Source: Chrysomallon squamiferum (taxonomy: Eukaryota; Animalia; Mollusca). Taken from it: a DNA stretch of 64,000 bases. The stretch spans positions 9,238,001 to 9,302,000 of the forward strand of contig CM022671.1 of assembly GCA_012295275.1 (NCBI GenBank), in the 5' to 3' direction. The position numbers and the translations under genes are program-made. Shown here piece by piece: positions 14,707 to 28,978 of this stretch. Position 1 is the first letter of the stretch. Every line of letters starts with the position of its first letter. The notes beneath the pieces were generated by a model. That model saw only the letters and a program-made list of their open reading frames with translations. It searched no databases and was not told the origin of the DNA.

Positions 14707-17700
14707 TTGAATATATGTAAACAGAGGGCAGACCAGACTTTTGAAATATACCTTTTTCTTCACTATCCAAGTTCAAACAGTCAGCATTCTGACATTTGAT
14801 TATTTACACTTACACTTTTAACACCTCTCAGGCTAGATGATAAGGCTGAGTTTAAAATTATCAATGTTCATTGCATGTATTTAATTAAATATGATGAGTG
14901 TGCAGTATTTGTTTTCTAGAAGCACGAAAAACATGCTTCTGTCACAAATAGTGAAAGAAAATGTCTTCTGGCTAAGGTTAACACCAAGCAGTACCAAATA
15001 TAAAATCAGAGTGCTAATATCTTGTACTGCTATCAGACCACAATGATCTGCTTTGAAAAGTCAACTGACATGCAGTGGTATGGTCATTCACATTCATGTT
15101 TTGCCCATGGCCAGTAACAAGACAGTACTAAATATCTAAATGTTGCTTCATTTAGGAGAGTTGGTGTAATCGATAACGTGAAAGACACATTTTCACATAT
15201 TTAGTTCCATTTTTACACCTACTCTATATATAGTCCTTTGAGGAAAATTATCTGGCTTCACCCCCCTTCAGTTTTCTGTGGCCTGGATAGAATTTTACAT
15301 CTGGCTAACTCAAAGTATGGCAGATCATCTAAATTAGCACAAATAAGTAAAAAATGCTATTATTGTTGTCAACAGACATTCTGGAGTACTATGTCCAAGA
15401 TATAGTTCAGCATTCAGTACCCAAGATATACACCGTTCAACAATTCTCTTGTATTTAAAAATCAATTCATTTTATTGAAAATTATATATAAAATAACCCA
15501 GTTTTTGTTTTTGTTGTTATTTTTTTGTGTTTGTTTTTTATCCTTTAAAATATGTTGTGAATTAATGAATTAGTACGTTATGGTTGAATGCTTATCTAAG
15601 CATTAATATTCTATAGTCAAAGAGAAAAACTGTTATTATATTAATGAACAGCCATAAACAAATAACTGGAAAACATCTATTCACAGCTTTGTCGGAATGA
15701 TTGTGTTTTCTAGGTTTCTCTGTACAACCTGATATTCTGCTTATTTTATCACTGGGTCTAAAACCCACAATTTTTTTCATGACATTGATGAGGAATTCAC
15801 CTGAATGACAATAACCACAAGAAATCCTAAATCTCATTGATCTGCCTTTTAAACTGAGAGCACTGTTGGCTGTGAAAAACATAATAATGCAGTGTGTGCA
15901 TGGCTATGGAGGCTAATAATTAAAGCAATCATGTAATTATCTTCAAAAGCTCCCCTGTGTTAATGTCTTACAATTATCCTTTATCCTACTGAAAAGTGTA
16001 TTGGCGCTAAATCTAATGAAAACCATGTCAGGATCTCTTCACAGGCTTCAAATCTCAGCCTGTCTTCAATAAGTAACCATATTTAAAAAAAAAATATTGT
16101 TTAGTTTTTTATTATGAAAACAATATAAAATAAAAAACAGCAAAGAAATAGGATCTCGCACTTTAACAGCTATGTGACTTCCTTTAAATTTATTATTCTT
16201 ACTTTCTTTTCTTGTCCATTTTTTTTTTTTTTCTGTGTGTGGGTAGGCAGTATTAATGATGTCATCACTGAAGCCATGTGCTCGCTCAGCAAATATTTAT
16301 TTCAGAGATTGCTGGCATGCACTTTACAGAAATCTCTTGTAAATAAAAGTAAAAAAATAAAAAAAATAAAAATAATAAAATAATAATAATAATAATAATA
16401 AAAGACAAAAAATTAAAATTAAAAATAAACAAATGGAAGGACCTAATTCAATTAAATTTGATTTAGAATAAAGCTGCTTGCTTCTGTTTTCCCCCTCTGA
16501 TATATATATATATATATTAAAAAAAAATTCATATCACAAGACTAATATAAGGTAGGGTCAGCTATACTTGAAACTAATTGTTATTCAGTGCTAATGGATA
16601 ATAAAAGCCACATTTTAAATTTAGTTTAATGTGCTAAAATACAAATCTAACACTGTCCTGGCCAAACAATCCAGAGATAGATTTTGCTTCAGAAAGGCCT
16701 GCACTGGCTGGATCATTAAATCTTTTTCAAACTCAAAACCATTAGCTTAGATCCACACGGACATTTTGACCCAAGTCTAATTCATCCACTAAGAAGTGCA
16801 TGTAGAGTGAGATGATTCTGGTGAAACCCATTCAGACAGCAATGAACTGTAAAAACTATCTTCTTCCTTAACATCATTTTGTATGCAGTCATGAACATGA
16901 AACATAAAACAGTAACAGTAATAAACACTGTGTGGGCATTAAACATTATTTCAGATACCATCCAATGCAGGCAAAGATTTTGTAATCTCCATTTACTAAA
17001 TTGATTATTTGTATTATTCAGATTATATAAAATATAATCATGATCAAATATGCTTATTATTAAAAAGAAACCTTTAACAGCTACTTTTTTTTATCATTTC
17101 AACTGTACACGTGTATGTGACATTTACACATTTGGATAAATCTATGGCCTACACACACTGGAACATTTACTTTTGTTTTCAGAAATGGTCTTACATATAC
17201 CTTCAATGCAATAGAAACACTTCTATCATAAATTCAAGTTAATGGACACTGGTCAGATTGGTAAGTAGCCATGTGGGAGAACTAAGGTGGATTGATCCTG
17301 CTACTTATCATCTTTTAGTTTTGACACTAATATTGAACTACAATGTCAGTACATGTTACTGATACATAAAATAATATATTATACATTTATTTTTCCTGCC
17401 CTACAGTTATGAATTTCTACGACACAGCTACAAAGTTAGCTGTTTGTGTCCTTCACTTAGCAGCATCAGGTTTTATGATGTTGTGGGCAATCTGCAAGCC
17501 AAGATTAATGGAGTCTCACGTTTAGTATGATTGTTCAGTTTTCACAGCATTGTTTGTACTGGCAGTTCCTGTTTACAGTTAAAGCAATAAGTAGATTTAA
17601 AAAAAACAACAACTGAAATGCCATATTTTGAGGCTTGAGATAAACAGCAAAACATGTCTTGGAAACTGAAATATTATATTAATAGTTATTTTCTAAATAA

Positions 17701-17890
17701 TAAAACAACAACAATGATGACAGACATGAATGCAAAACTAATATATATATATAAACATATTGTATGAGGATGTTTTAGTTTGTGAAGCAGTGGAGAAAGA
17801 CTTAATTTTGTTTGTGTGAAAATAATAAAGAAAGAGTTCCCTAGTTGTTCTTGTGAATATTTTCAAACCAAAATTATTGCAGGTTTTTGT

Positions 17891-17927
<37 letters not shown>

Positions 17928-19557
17928 CTTGTAAGTTTCAAATTTTTTTTTTTTTTTTGATTTTTTTAAAAGACAAATCGAGAAAACCAAGAAAAGAAGT
18001 ATATTCCCTAGTATTTATGTTTTTAACACTTTTTAAAAAAAAATATAAATAAATAAATTGAATGATTTCCTGGTGCTTGAATGATAATTTAAAGAGCTAG
18101 AGATAAATCAAATAAACATATTTGTAAGATCATTTAAATGAGAGAAAAGCTAAACTGAAGGTTGATCACTTGGCTCAGTTGTGAAAAAAAAAAAGAAAAA
18201 GTAAAAATAAAAAAATCATGACACAAGTGATGGATGAGAACTGAAAACAGTACCACCCTGGAAAACAATAAATGGCAAATTGACTTGTTTTCTTTTCACT
18301 GAAAGATGATGCCAGTGTTCTGGGTGGTGCTTGTTTGTGGTGCTTGTTTGCACATAGCACACATTCATCACATGAATCAAGTGAGAAATTGAGCATGGAA
18401 AGCTCAACATAACTGCGTTTGTAGAATAAAAGAAAAGAAAAACACCTGTGACTAATTAAAAAATATTTTTTTCTTGATTTCTTTCTAATGCCAGCTCATT
18501 CTTCAAGAGATCCCAGCATTAACATTCCAGGTTAATTCTGAAAACAGATACTGTTGTTTTTTTAACAGAATTATCTACTAAATGAGGAAAATCTCTTAAA
18601 ATATGTTTCATGTTATTTTCGTCTAAGAAAGTATTTTATAATAATAAACATGATGAGTTGGATATACTGCTGCTTCAGATATCATCTAAAGAAAATGAGT
18701 GTAATGAATTTCTTCACAATTTAACACAATATTATTTTTCTTTGGTTAATATCTGAAATGCAATTCAAATGTGTAAACACAAATTTCAATGAAAAGTTAT
18801 ACAAAATGTACCATTTCTCAACATAATTCTTGAAACTTGTTATATTAATAAAAACTTTGGAATAAAAAATAAATAAAAAGCTTAAGTAAAAAAATAATAT
18901 AAATCTGGATGTTTCAAAACAAAAACAAAATGAGATTTATTTATGTAGGTGCTTATTTATGTGATAAATGTGAACACATAATCACTGTACTTCTATATCA
19001 CATGGCTACATGCTGATGACTTTAGAATTAACCTGTATTCACTGATTGTCAGAATCCTTGATTTACTCAGTGTTGTCTTGTGGGATCATTGACAAAACTG
19101 GAATATCTCATTTGACAAGCTGTCTCATACAATAGGCTCAACACTGATGTGGAAATACAGAATATATTTATTTAGAATTTTCAATCTCATATTTTGTTTG
19201 TATTCCATGTGCTTAACAGTTCACAAGTATAGAATATATTTACTGAAATCTGTAGTCTGAGATTTGTTTGTCATTTCATAAATTTTTGGTGGATCACAAA
19301 ATTAATTCAGAATATTTCACATAATATTGTTTTTGCTGTTAGCATTAATTTCCTCTGTGATTGATATATATTTTGTTAATTTAAAGTAGATAACATATAT
19401 GCAGACAAAGTTTCATTATTATTATTATTATTATTTTAAATAACAACAAGTATATAAATCTAGCTTGGCGGTCCTGCTGACCTTTTAAAGAAATGTTCAT
19501 TCAAGCATACTGCAGTGTACTGAATGTTTAAAGTTCAGATCCTGAGATTCACTATGG

Positions 19558-19593
<36 letters not shown>

Positions 19594-19689
19594 GTTAATT
19601 TGAATCTTTCACTCCTCTGCACTTAATAGGTTTCTTCCAACTCTGTTTAACACTCCCAACTACGATGGCTAATGATTATTATACTACTT

Positions 19690-20285
19690 TGGTTGGTCTG
19701 GTTTTATTACTGAAGTTTGTGGGAAACCACAAGCTAATGATGCCGAGTGGTATGGTTATACTGAGTTAGTGGGAAACCACTGGCTAATAAGTATTGATGG
19801 TATGGTTAGATCTTTATTTTTAATGATTCTTACTGGCATAGCATTACTTGTACATTTGCTGGGAAACCCACTGGTTAATGATACTAAATGCTATGTAATA
19901 ACTGTACAGTTTCTGGGAAACCACTGGTAAAAGATACAAAATGCTATAGTAATACTTGTACAGTTTCTGGGAAACCACTGGTAAAAGATACAAAATACTA
20001 TAGTAATACTTGTACACTTGCTAGGAAACCACTGGTAAAAGATACAAAATGCTATGGTAATACTTGTACAGTTTGTTAGAAATCACTGGTTAATGATGCT
20101 TGTTGGTATTGTGATATTTTCATAGCTGGTGACAAATGGTTGCTACTATAGTAATACTTGTTTAAAAATCAATGGTACCTGATGGGATGGTAATACTTTG
20201 TTACGGTGGAGAAACCACTGGCTGATGATACTTGTATAGTTGGTGGGAAGCCACTGAAACTTGATGGGATGGTTTGACTTGCATA
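19690..20285. repeat. 54-bp minisatellite (about 4 near-perfect core copies, degenerate flanking copies)
   Basis: Unit CCACTGGTAAAAGATACAAAATGCTATAGTAATACTTGTACAGTTTCTGGGAAA. The core recurs at 19921, 19975, 20029 and 20083; degenerate GGGAAACCAC-type cores occur at 19721, 19771, 19861, about 20210 and about 20246. Confidence 0.9.
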
Positions 20286-21025
20286 GTTGTGACATCTGAT
20301 GAATAATTATTGCTGTAGATGATATAAAGTATCGGTTAATTATGATGACTAAGTTATTTGAGATATGATGTCTGTGTGGGAGCTGGAAATGCCTGACCAT
20401 TGTGTGTTTCAGATGTCTGCCTCAGATGGAAGAACAAGTAATAGGATAGTACTGAGAGTACTACTATCCTGACTTTAGGTAAATGATATCTTAGACCACA
20501 AATGTAAAGTTGAAATGTTGTGAATGAGTGGAGGAAACTGACCTAAATAAGTTATCAAATTTAAAAAAAATAAAAAATTATAATATATATATATATTTTT
20601 AAATGTCTGATATTATTATTTCCAGATATTGTTATCATATACAGACATATTAAATGCAGTTCTTTTAGAACCTCTATCTCATTTACTAATGATGATTTAT
20701 TTCGTATGAGGAATTAAGAACAACAACAACAATAAAAATAACCCCCAAAAACAACCAACTTATATTTATAAAAGTGAGTATTTGGAAAAATACATAGTTT
20801 AGTAATAATCGTAATAATTCAAGATTCAGTCTATATTTCAAAAAACACAACTAATATATGTTTATAAGGTCATCAACAAAATAGAAATCTAAAGAAAATT
20901 GCTATGGAGCAAAATATGTATTTGCAAATCTTGTAGGAATTCAGTTTTTAATTAAACATTCATGTTCATGTATTTAATGGGAGACTGTCATCAGGCTTTT
21001 CTACCCAAGGCTGACATAAGCACAT

Positions 21026-21099
21026 ACGAATTATTTTAGTATTTATGTGTTTCTGTCCACCACGAATTATTTTAGTATTTATGTGTTTCTGTCCACCAC
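21026..21099. repeat. Perfect 36-bp tandem duplication
   Basis: ACGAATTATTTTAGTATTTATGTGTTTCTGTCCACC at 21026-21061 and 21062-21097. Confidence 0.95.
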
Positions 21100-22636
21100 A
21101 GTGTAATGCACAAAAGATAAGTAATTTATTTTCTAGCTATGTCTACATCTACTTGCAAAAGCCTAATGTCTTAAAACCTAAAGTCTTGACTTTAAAGTGA
21201 AGACAAAAATAAATGATGAAAAAAAAAATTAAAAAATTAGAGGATGTTAAAATCGATTAAGCTGCCATCAAAAGATCTGCAGATGAGAAAACAATTGATC
21301 ACAGAGTGAGACTGGAATTGGCTAGAAAATCACAAACGTGGAGTAATTTGAGCAAGAAAATGATCAAAACCAGACCCAAGACTGACACAGGAATCTCATT
21401 TGGAAGTTCAAAAACATTACTTTGGATTACTTAAAAGGCCATGCTAACGCAATTCGGTCAAAAGTAGCTTAAAAGTAGAATCCATTTAAATGTCTATCAA
21501 CTAAAGAAGATATGAGCTCATGAAACAAAGGCCATAAAGAAAACAATGCAGAAACTTTTCATGTAAGTGTAAATCTTTACTGTGAAGAAAATGAAGACAC
21601 TGTGTTGTACAGATCCTAAGATGAATTATTTTTGATTAATAACACCTTACCTTTATTTTTCTTTCAATTCACCGAATTTAACAACAGATACATTAAGAGT
21701 AATGTTATTGTGTCTGTAACAGTAATAAAATAAAAGTATCACTTAATATTCTGTTTTAGTTTCTTTGAATAGCATTGTCTATGGGACAAGGACCTGAAGA
21801 GATTTTAACACTTAAAGTAAATTATGAAAGTAAAACATCATAAACAAATTTTAGTATGATTTTGATAATGGGTTTAACCAAGTGGAAATAACAAAGATTC
21901 AAGATAAAATATAAAGTGCATTTTAAAAGTATTTATTTATTTTATTATTATTATTATTGTTATTGTTATCATTAATGTTGTTATTATGATTATTATTATT
22001 GTTATTATTAAATTAGTTTTGCAATCATTAACTCTCATACAAAATCTTTAAATGTGTTACGGACTGGAGTGGCATTGTCAGCGAGGTGTTTCCATTTGTC
22101 TTATCTTACAACTTAACTTATGTTTCTCACTTACTGACCTTCAAAATGAACATTAATTATTTATCTATTTCTATTATTTATCTATTTCTACTTTCACTGA
22201 AATTGATTTCCATGATCAAATATTAAGCTATCTTACATTAAACTTGTGGGAAACACTTTTTAATCAAACTAGCTTTTTCTTATACAAATGCAATTTCTGT
22301 TTTGTTTATTTGTACTTTTTGGCATTGAACTTGACTTCTGTGACAAACTATTCAACTATCTTGACATTAAACTTGATGTTAACATGATTAATCAGACCAT
22401 TTTTATAAATGCAATTTCTGTTTTGTTTACAGTACTGGGTTGGCACTAAAAGTACCTGCTATTAAACTTGTTTTTTAGGACTGACTGTTCAGACAAGCTG
22501 CATGTTAATTTTTGTGTTTATTGTGTGTCAGGGAATCTGTTCTGTTTCACAAGTTGTTATCCAGAACACTTGTTTCCTTTCTGTTACTTCCAAATTGGTC
22601 TTCATCAGGTTTTCTGGATGTTTGCTTATTTTATAA

Positions 22637-22644
22637 GTGTGTGT

Positions 22645-22679
<35 letters not shown>
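22637..22679. repeat. (TG)n microsatellite
   Basis: Direct reading. Confidence 0.95.
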
Positions 22680-22680
<1 letters not shown>

Positions 22681-24412
22681 TTTTAAGCATATATAATTTA
22701 TATTTACTGTTACATCACATTACATTATATTCTTACATTACTGTAATACATTATATTACATTGCAATACATTATATTACAAAACATTATACTGAATTAAG
22801 TAAGGCTGTATTACATTGCACTGCACTTCACTCTATTGTATTACATTACAATAAATACTTTTTCATATTTTTTTTTTTTTTTTACTCTTCATTTTTACTC
22901 CCCTAAAAATATTTCAGAACTAAGAAAATAATCTATTAAATATGTCTGTTCTTCTAATTCATAGTGGGTGGAATATCTTTTCTCAATTATCTTAAGCCTA
23001 TCTGTCTTTATGAAAAAATTTGATTATGCTAATGTATTGATCAATATGATGCTACAAAAACACAATATTACACTGAACAAAACAAAGTAGTGTAAGGCAG
23101 ATAAATGTCATCTCTATACTAAGTCTAAATTTTTTGTTATGGTTATGAACTAAATTATATTTTCTAAAGCAATAATAATTAAAAAATATCTTTACATACA
23201 CACACACACACACACATTTATTTATTTTAAAATATTATTATTAACTCAATAATATTAAAAAAAATAATTATATTACATTACTAGTTTTAAATACAGCAGA
23301 TATACATTTCCTACAGCTATTTACTGAACATCTCATTTTACACTTCTAGAAGGAATCCAAATTGAATTAAACTATATTTATAGCATATGAACTAAAACTG
23401 GAAAATGTAAACATTTTCATCATTTTTCTTTTAACACTCTTGACAACAGTTAGTAATCCAAGTAAGTTATCATGGAGTCTAAATTAAATTAAAGAGCATT
23501 TTTCTAAACTTACAGACTAAAGCACTTAGACTATATCTCACATATTGAACATTTTTACAATGAAAAACTAACTAATGTAGAAAATGCATCTTACATCCAA
23601 ATGTACTTGACAATTGAATTAAAAAAAAATTCAGTCAAAGATCTGATTCAATGGACTCTCAAAGAAGTCAAAGAAAAACTATGTTCAACAAGATCTAAAT
23701 AATCTAACTCCAAAAGAAAGAAAGTTCAAAGAGGGCTGAAATCTTATGTTTGTTTAAAGAAATGCAGAATTATCTCACCTAAAATCAGAAAATGTCAAAG
23801 TAAAAGTTGTAACTCTTAAGAGTGTAGTATCTGCCTAGAGAAACAGCAAAAAAAATGTAATTACTGTTCCACATTTCATTTCATAGTGACAAATTGGCCA
23901 GTTGAAGCATGTAGAGCTGTTAAGCAATCCAAAAATGAACTCCAGTGTCAATCACACCACTTGTTTTCTGAAAGTTGTAGGCAACAGTTATACGAGATTT
24001 ATGTAAAAACATGAAAATCAACTTGTTAATAAATAAAGATATGTTGTTCTGCTTGTTTCTTCAACAGACTGTTGGTGAAAATGACAGTTATGAGTACATA
24101 TATTACTATTTTAGTGCAAAATGGTGTTATTTAATGAAGAAAATTTCTGCTTGTTTCAGGCAAGTCAGTGGTAACAACAGTTATAGGTAAAATGTGTGTT
24201 ACTATTTTTGTGCAAATACAATTTGTTAAAATGAGTTGTTTGTTAAAGACATTTCAAATTTAACTTTCTGTAAGTTACTGTCAGTGATGATATCAGAGTT
24301 AGGTATTTTCATTGGCTTGAAAATATCTTTTTAATGCGCTCTGAAGACAGATTTAGGTCTATTGCCCTGGATATACAGCTCAGATATTTCTGCAGGCTTT
24401 TATAAGTTTCAA

Positions 24413-24511
24413 TACTCTTCATATGGGAACATCTTATGAAAAGACCAGACTCCATGTTTTGAACAGGTTTTATTATTCTTCATATGGGAACATCTTATAA
24501 AAAGAACAAAC
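24413..24511. repeat. Imperfect direct duplication (period about 61 bp)
   Basis: TCTTCATATGGGAACATCTTAT.AAAAGA occurs twice. Confidence 0.8.
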
Positions 24512-27500
24512 AGTGGGTTTAAATCTTGCATGAAAATATTTCTAAAAGGAACCATAATTAGGTTGCAATTTTCTCTCTGTTATTTCTGTCAAGGGATGCA
24601 GCGCTGCTCATTCTAACAAATTAAAGCCTGTAAAAGAAGTTTATTTCTAGAATTTGTCCCTGCTGCCTATAATAGATCAAAGAGAAGAAAGTGTAGTAAA
24701 ACTAAACATAATTCACCTGGCTAAAAGCAGGAAAAACTGTAGTGCACTGAATGTAAAAATCTGTCTTAATTAATGGCTGCAGGAGAGGTCAAGGGGAAGT
24801 TGCATTACTTAGCAGGCGATGGCTGCTCTGTAATAAAGAAACTTTTATTACTACACAGCAAGAAGAATGCATTTTGCAGAATGAGATGAGGGCAGATGGT
24901 GTGGCAATCTCTAGTCATCATATACCTTGTCTGTGTGGTTTTACCATGGCCAGCACTTGAAAGTGCAAAGAAACTATTTATCACCCACTGCGAGCATGGC
25001 AATTCGGCATGATACAGTGACGAAGGCTGATGAAAAGGAGCAATAAAACAGTTACGCTAGAAGTGAGAGTGGAGTAAAATGGGTAATTACAAGCCTGTGG
25101 ATGCCAAGCAGAGACTGTTACTTTCTCAAGCTCAATTTGTTAGGTTACAAATTACAGCTCAAAGCTGCCTCCTTTACCTGCATCTTCTGAGCAATGATGT
25201 ATTGGACGCAAGTGCCACAGATGGACAGTGTTGAGAACTTTCAGAATTGTAACATTTCTGGAAAAGATGTTCCCTGCCAGTGCTGACATGAAACAGGTTA
25301 AGTGAAAATGATGATGCCAGAATACTTCTGAATACCACAGAGCTCCATGCAAGATTCTGACATTTCAAAGTAATTGACTGTCAATGGCAGTGGCTGCTTC
25401 ACTTGGTAGATAGGATTATTTTCTCCAAAAATCAAAGTTCGAGGAAATGAATCCCATAAATCATCATAAAATGCCACACATCCTTCTTCTTCTTTACCCT
25501 TAGTGTTTAAAAAAAAATCAAAAATTTAAAAATTAAATTGAGTACTTCAAGGTCACAGATTTGACACTATTCCAGTCTTGAACTGAGACTAATACAATTG
25601 TAGCCATGTTCTTCAGCAGACTTATTTCAATTGAAAATAGGTAACTTTTCCATTATCCCAGTGTTTGACAGCTTACACAATTAACTGTACAAGAATACAG
25701 ACAGACTGGAACCTTTGTTCCATAATAAACTTCACATATTTTCCTCTGAATTCTCTGTACTTCTGACAGCAAATCTGAAATACTCTCAACACAAACCAAA
25801 TTGTATGAAAGAAATTGTTTAAACAATAACAATTTAATCTCTGCTTAACACGTCAGTCACAAATTCTAGTTAGGGACAGAGAAATATGTCTAACACATTA
25901 CACTTGTTGTTTTTTTTTCTTTATTGAAATAAGTAAAGACATTGTCTTTCATGTTTCTCATTTTATATGACAAACATAAATATATATACATATTTCTTTT
26001 TTAAATTGATTTTTATTTGATTTTTATATAATATAATATAATATAATATAATTATTATTTAGATATTAATGAAAGAGATCTGTTAATGTGTGTGTGTTAA
26101 TGTATGTCTTTAGATTTCTACTATATGTGACACATGATTGTTACCATAATTTTACTGCCTTCATTAATCTTTTTTTTAATGCATCTTTAAAGAGACAATG
26201 ATAAAAACACAATTTCAGAAATGACAGTCATTCCAGTGTATTTTGTTTTTCATCAGTTTCTATTGAAAAGACAACAAAATATTAATATATCTTAATATTG
26301 TTGGTAACAGGACAATGGATACATAAGTGTGTGTTATCAGTAAACCAAACACCATTCAGCAGACTTCTTTTGATCTATGTATGTGTTTATGTAACACTGA
26401 GATTAATTTTAACAAGATATCCATTGTTCAGTGGACAGACTGATCTACATTATGCAAATTCAATGAATTAAATATCCTCAAGATCCTTGAAAACAAAACA
26501 AAAGGATATTTGTTAATTAATGCACATGATAAACTTTCTAACACCAAAATAAATGTACTTTATTAAAAAACAAAAATTTTTAATTAGTGTTGTTCAAGAA
26601 TGTGAATAAAACATGACCTCCAACTCTTCTGTTTTATAACTTTTTCTGTATAATAAGATTTGAAGCTCACTCAAGAGAATTAAAGTATCAACCTTATTAA
26701 TTCACTGTGGTGGAGTGATCCTACATCCCCAGTGGTTTTCAGTCTGACTGCATCTGACTTAATGTGTTTGTACATGCTCAAATTAAGCTTTAGGTCTTTC
26801 AGGATATTTAATCATTTATAAAACTTTCTACTTAGGTCTGAAAATGTAATTAAGTAATTGTTTGTTTTCCTAATTTTTACATTTTTTTGTCTTAAATGAC
26901 ATAAATCAGATATATAACATTTTTATCTGATGCACTGGACATATAAATAATCCACTAATTTTCAGAAACTCAGCCACCAGTAACCTCATTTTCTCCAGTG
27001 TCTTGCTTGCACTAACCATTAAGATTTAGGTGCCAATTTAGGTGCAAAATAAATGGCCAAATTCCTAGAATTTACACACCATTTATTATTTTATAACTCG
27101 TCAATCAAAAATGTCATTATACTTGTGAGTGTGAACGTACACTTGACTGAAATTAAATTCTTTGATTTATCTTTTAAACTTTTTTATTATTTTTTTAACC
27201 CTTTCTCTCACACATTCATTTTTGTGCACTTGCAGTAGTTGTTGATTTTATCTGTGAATTTCATTTTGAATCCATGGCAAAGAAGCAAATGGATTGAAGC
27301 TGCCAGAGGTAGCGACAGCTTCGTACTTGGCATTGATCAGACAATTATTAGGGCATTTGTAATACATGCTGGTTTGATAGGCAGACGCACTTGTTTTACT
27401 AGCGATGAATGGAAGAATGCTATTTTGAAAAGATTTCTGTACATTAAAGCAATCAATGAAAAATTTGTATTTATCAGATTCCAGAAAGTAGATGATACAT

Positions 27501-28784
27501 TATTTTGTAACAGTCCAGTTAGTGAAAGGTGTTGGATACATTGTGAAGATCTTTGCAAGTAGCCATAGCATTAAATATTTTACATTTTATCAAACTTCAG
27601 CAAGTGTCTTTACTATAGAATTATTCTTTATCTTAAAGATTCATGGAAGAAAATTACTGTTTTATAATAAACCATCTCATGTATGACATCTTAAATTTTT
27701 ATCATATATCTTATCCCATAACAAATATTACAGAGTTGTTATGAAGATATATATCTTAATAATTCAATCAGATAAGATCTAGCAGAACAAATTGAAATTT
27801 TAATCTGAGCAGTTAAACATCACCTGACAGGTAACAGACCAAATAAATCTGCAAGAAGAAAAACATATGTTTGTAATTATATATTTGTTAGGCTTCTGTT
27901 TTTTGTATTAAAACATCCTAATATTATAGAAGAGTTTGGAAGAACTGTTTCCAGGGAATGTACAATTCAGAACACAGAGACGCATAAAACATGATTACTA
28001 TTGCATTCACAGTTCTGTGAATGACTACAAATGTTTTCTGATACTTGATAATATATTAGGCATTATTTAGCAAATAACTTACATTGAATTACCGAAACAT
28101 TTCATTATTTGGCAATATTCAGTAATAACAAAATAATTGATAATTGGGCACTATTCATGAAATTTACTAACACTAATGTATATACTGACTATATGGCAAT
28201 ATTCATCAAAATAATATATTGATATGAATTATACTACAAAATGAACCAAATAAGAAATAATCGAAACAATTTAAAATAAAGTGCTGGTTACGCAACCTTA
28301 CTTAAAATACTTTCAATATAAAATTATTTTAATTAAAAAAAAATTTGTATATTATTATTTTTATTCCCAGAAATCAATGCTTAAACTTAATTCTTATTTC
28401 TTTTTCTTCTTTTTATAAATTTTCAGTAACAAGAACTTTAAAGATATTTTATTAATATGTACATCAAATAAATTCATGTCTGACATAACAAAAAAAGAAC
28501 AAAAAAAAAAGTTCTGAAAGGAATTCAGTACTGATGACAGCCAATATGACATGCCAACAGAAAGCAATGGTTTCTCTTTGTAAATATACCTTTTCTGGAA
28601 GCCACCTGAACTTTTCAATAACTGTAGCAAATCATGTCAATGCAATTACTGAAGTAAAACAAAGAAAATACGCTGACATGATTCAGTAGATTATATAGAA
28701 CGTGAGACAAGAAAAGTATTTTTATAAACACCACTGTGTATTTTTCACCAGGAACTGCCCCAATACAAATTTAAAACAATGTAC

Positions 28785-28978
28785 AGGATGTCAGACCTGC
28801 TTCTAAGTGGCTAAATGCTTTCCTACTGATTGACTGGCTGTAGGATCAATTCTCAGTCATTATCATCATCATAACTATCAATATCATTTGAGCTATTTTC
28901 CTTTACTTACCAATGTTCCAAGTTTATGTTAAAGGTGCAAACAAAAATAAAGAACAACCTTTGCTAATCAGTAAAATA
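28785..28978 (+). mobile_element. Decayed SINE-like remnant
   Basis: AGTGGCTAAATGC...TAGGATCAATTC...GAGCTATTTTCC...TTAAAGG...TTTGCTAATCAG shares blocks with 51485-51570 and, in reverse complement, with 54845-54897. Confidence 0.4.

Noticed and set aside
19690-20285. CRISPR-like look of the recurring GGGAAACCACTGG motif
   Set aside because: The intervening sequences are homologous to each other rather than unique spacers, there are no cas genes, and the context is eukaryotic. It is a minisatellite.
21240-21620. A-rich coding-like stretch with HRVRLELARKSQTW, vaguely Tc1-like
   Set aside because: The expected following motif (W..V.FSDE) is absent. It is possibly a transposon relic but cannot be assigned.
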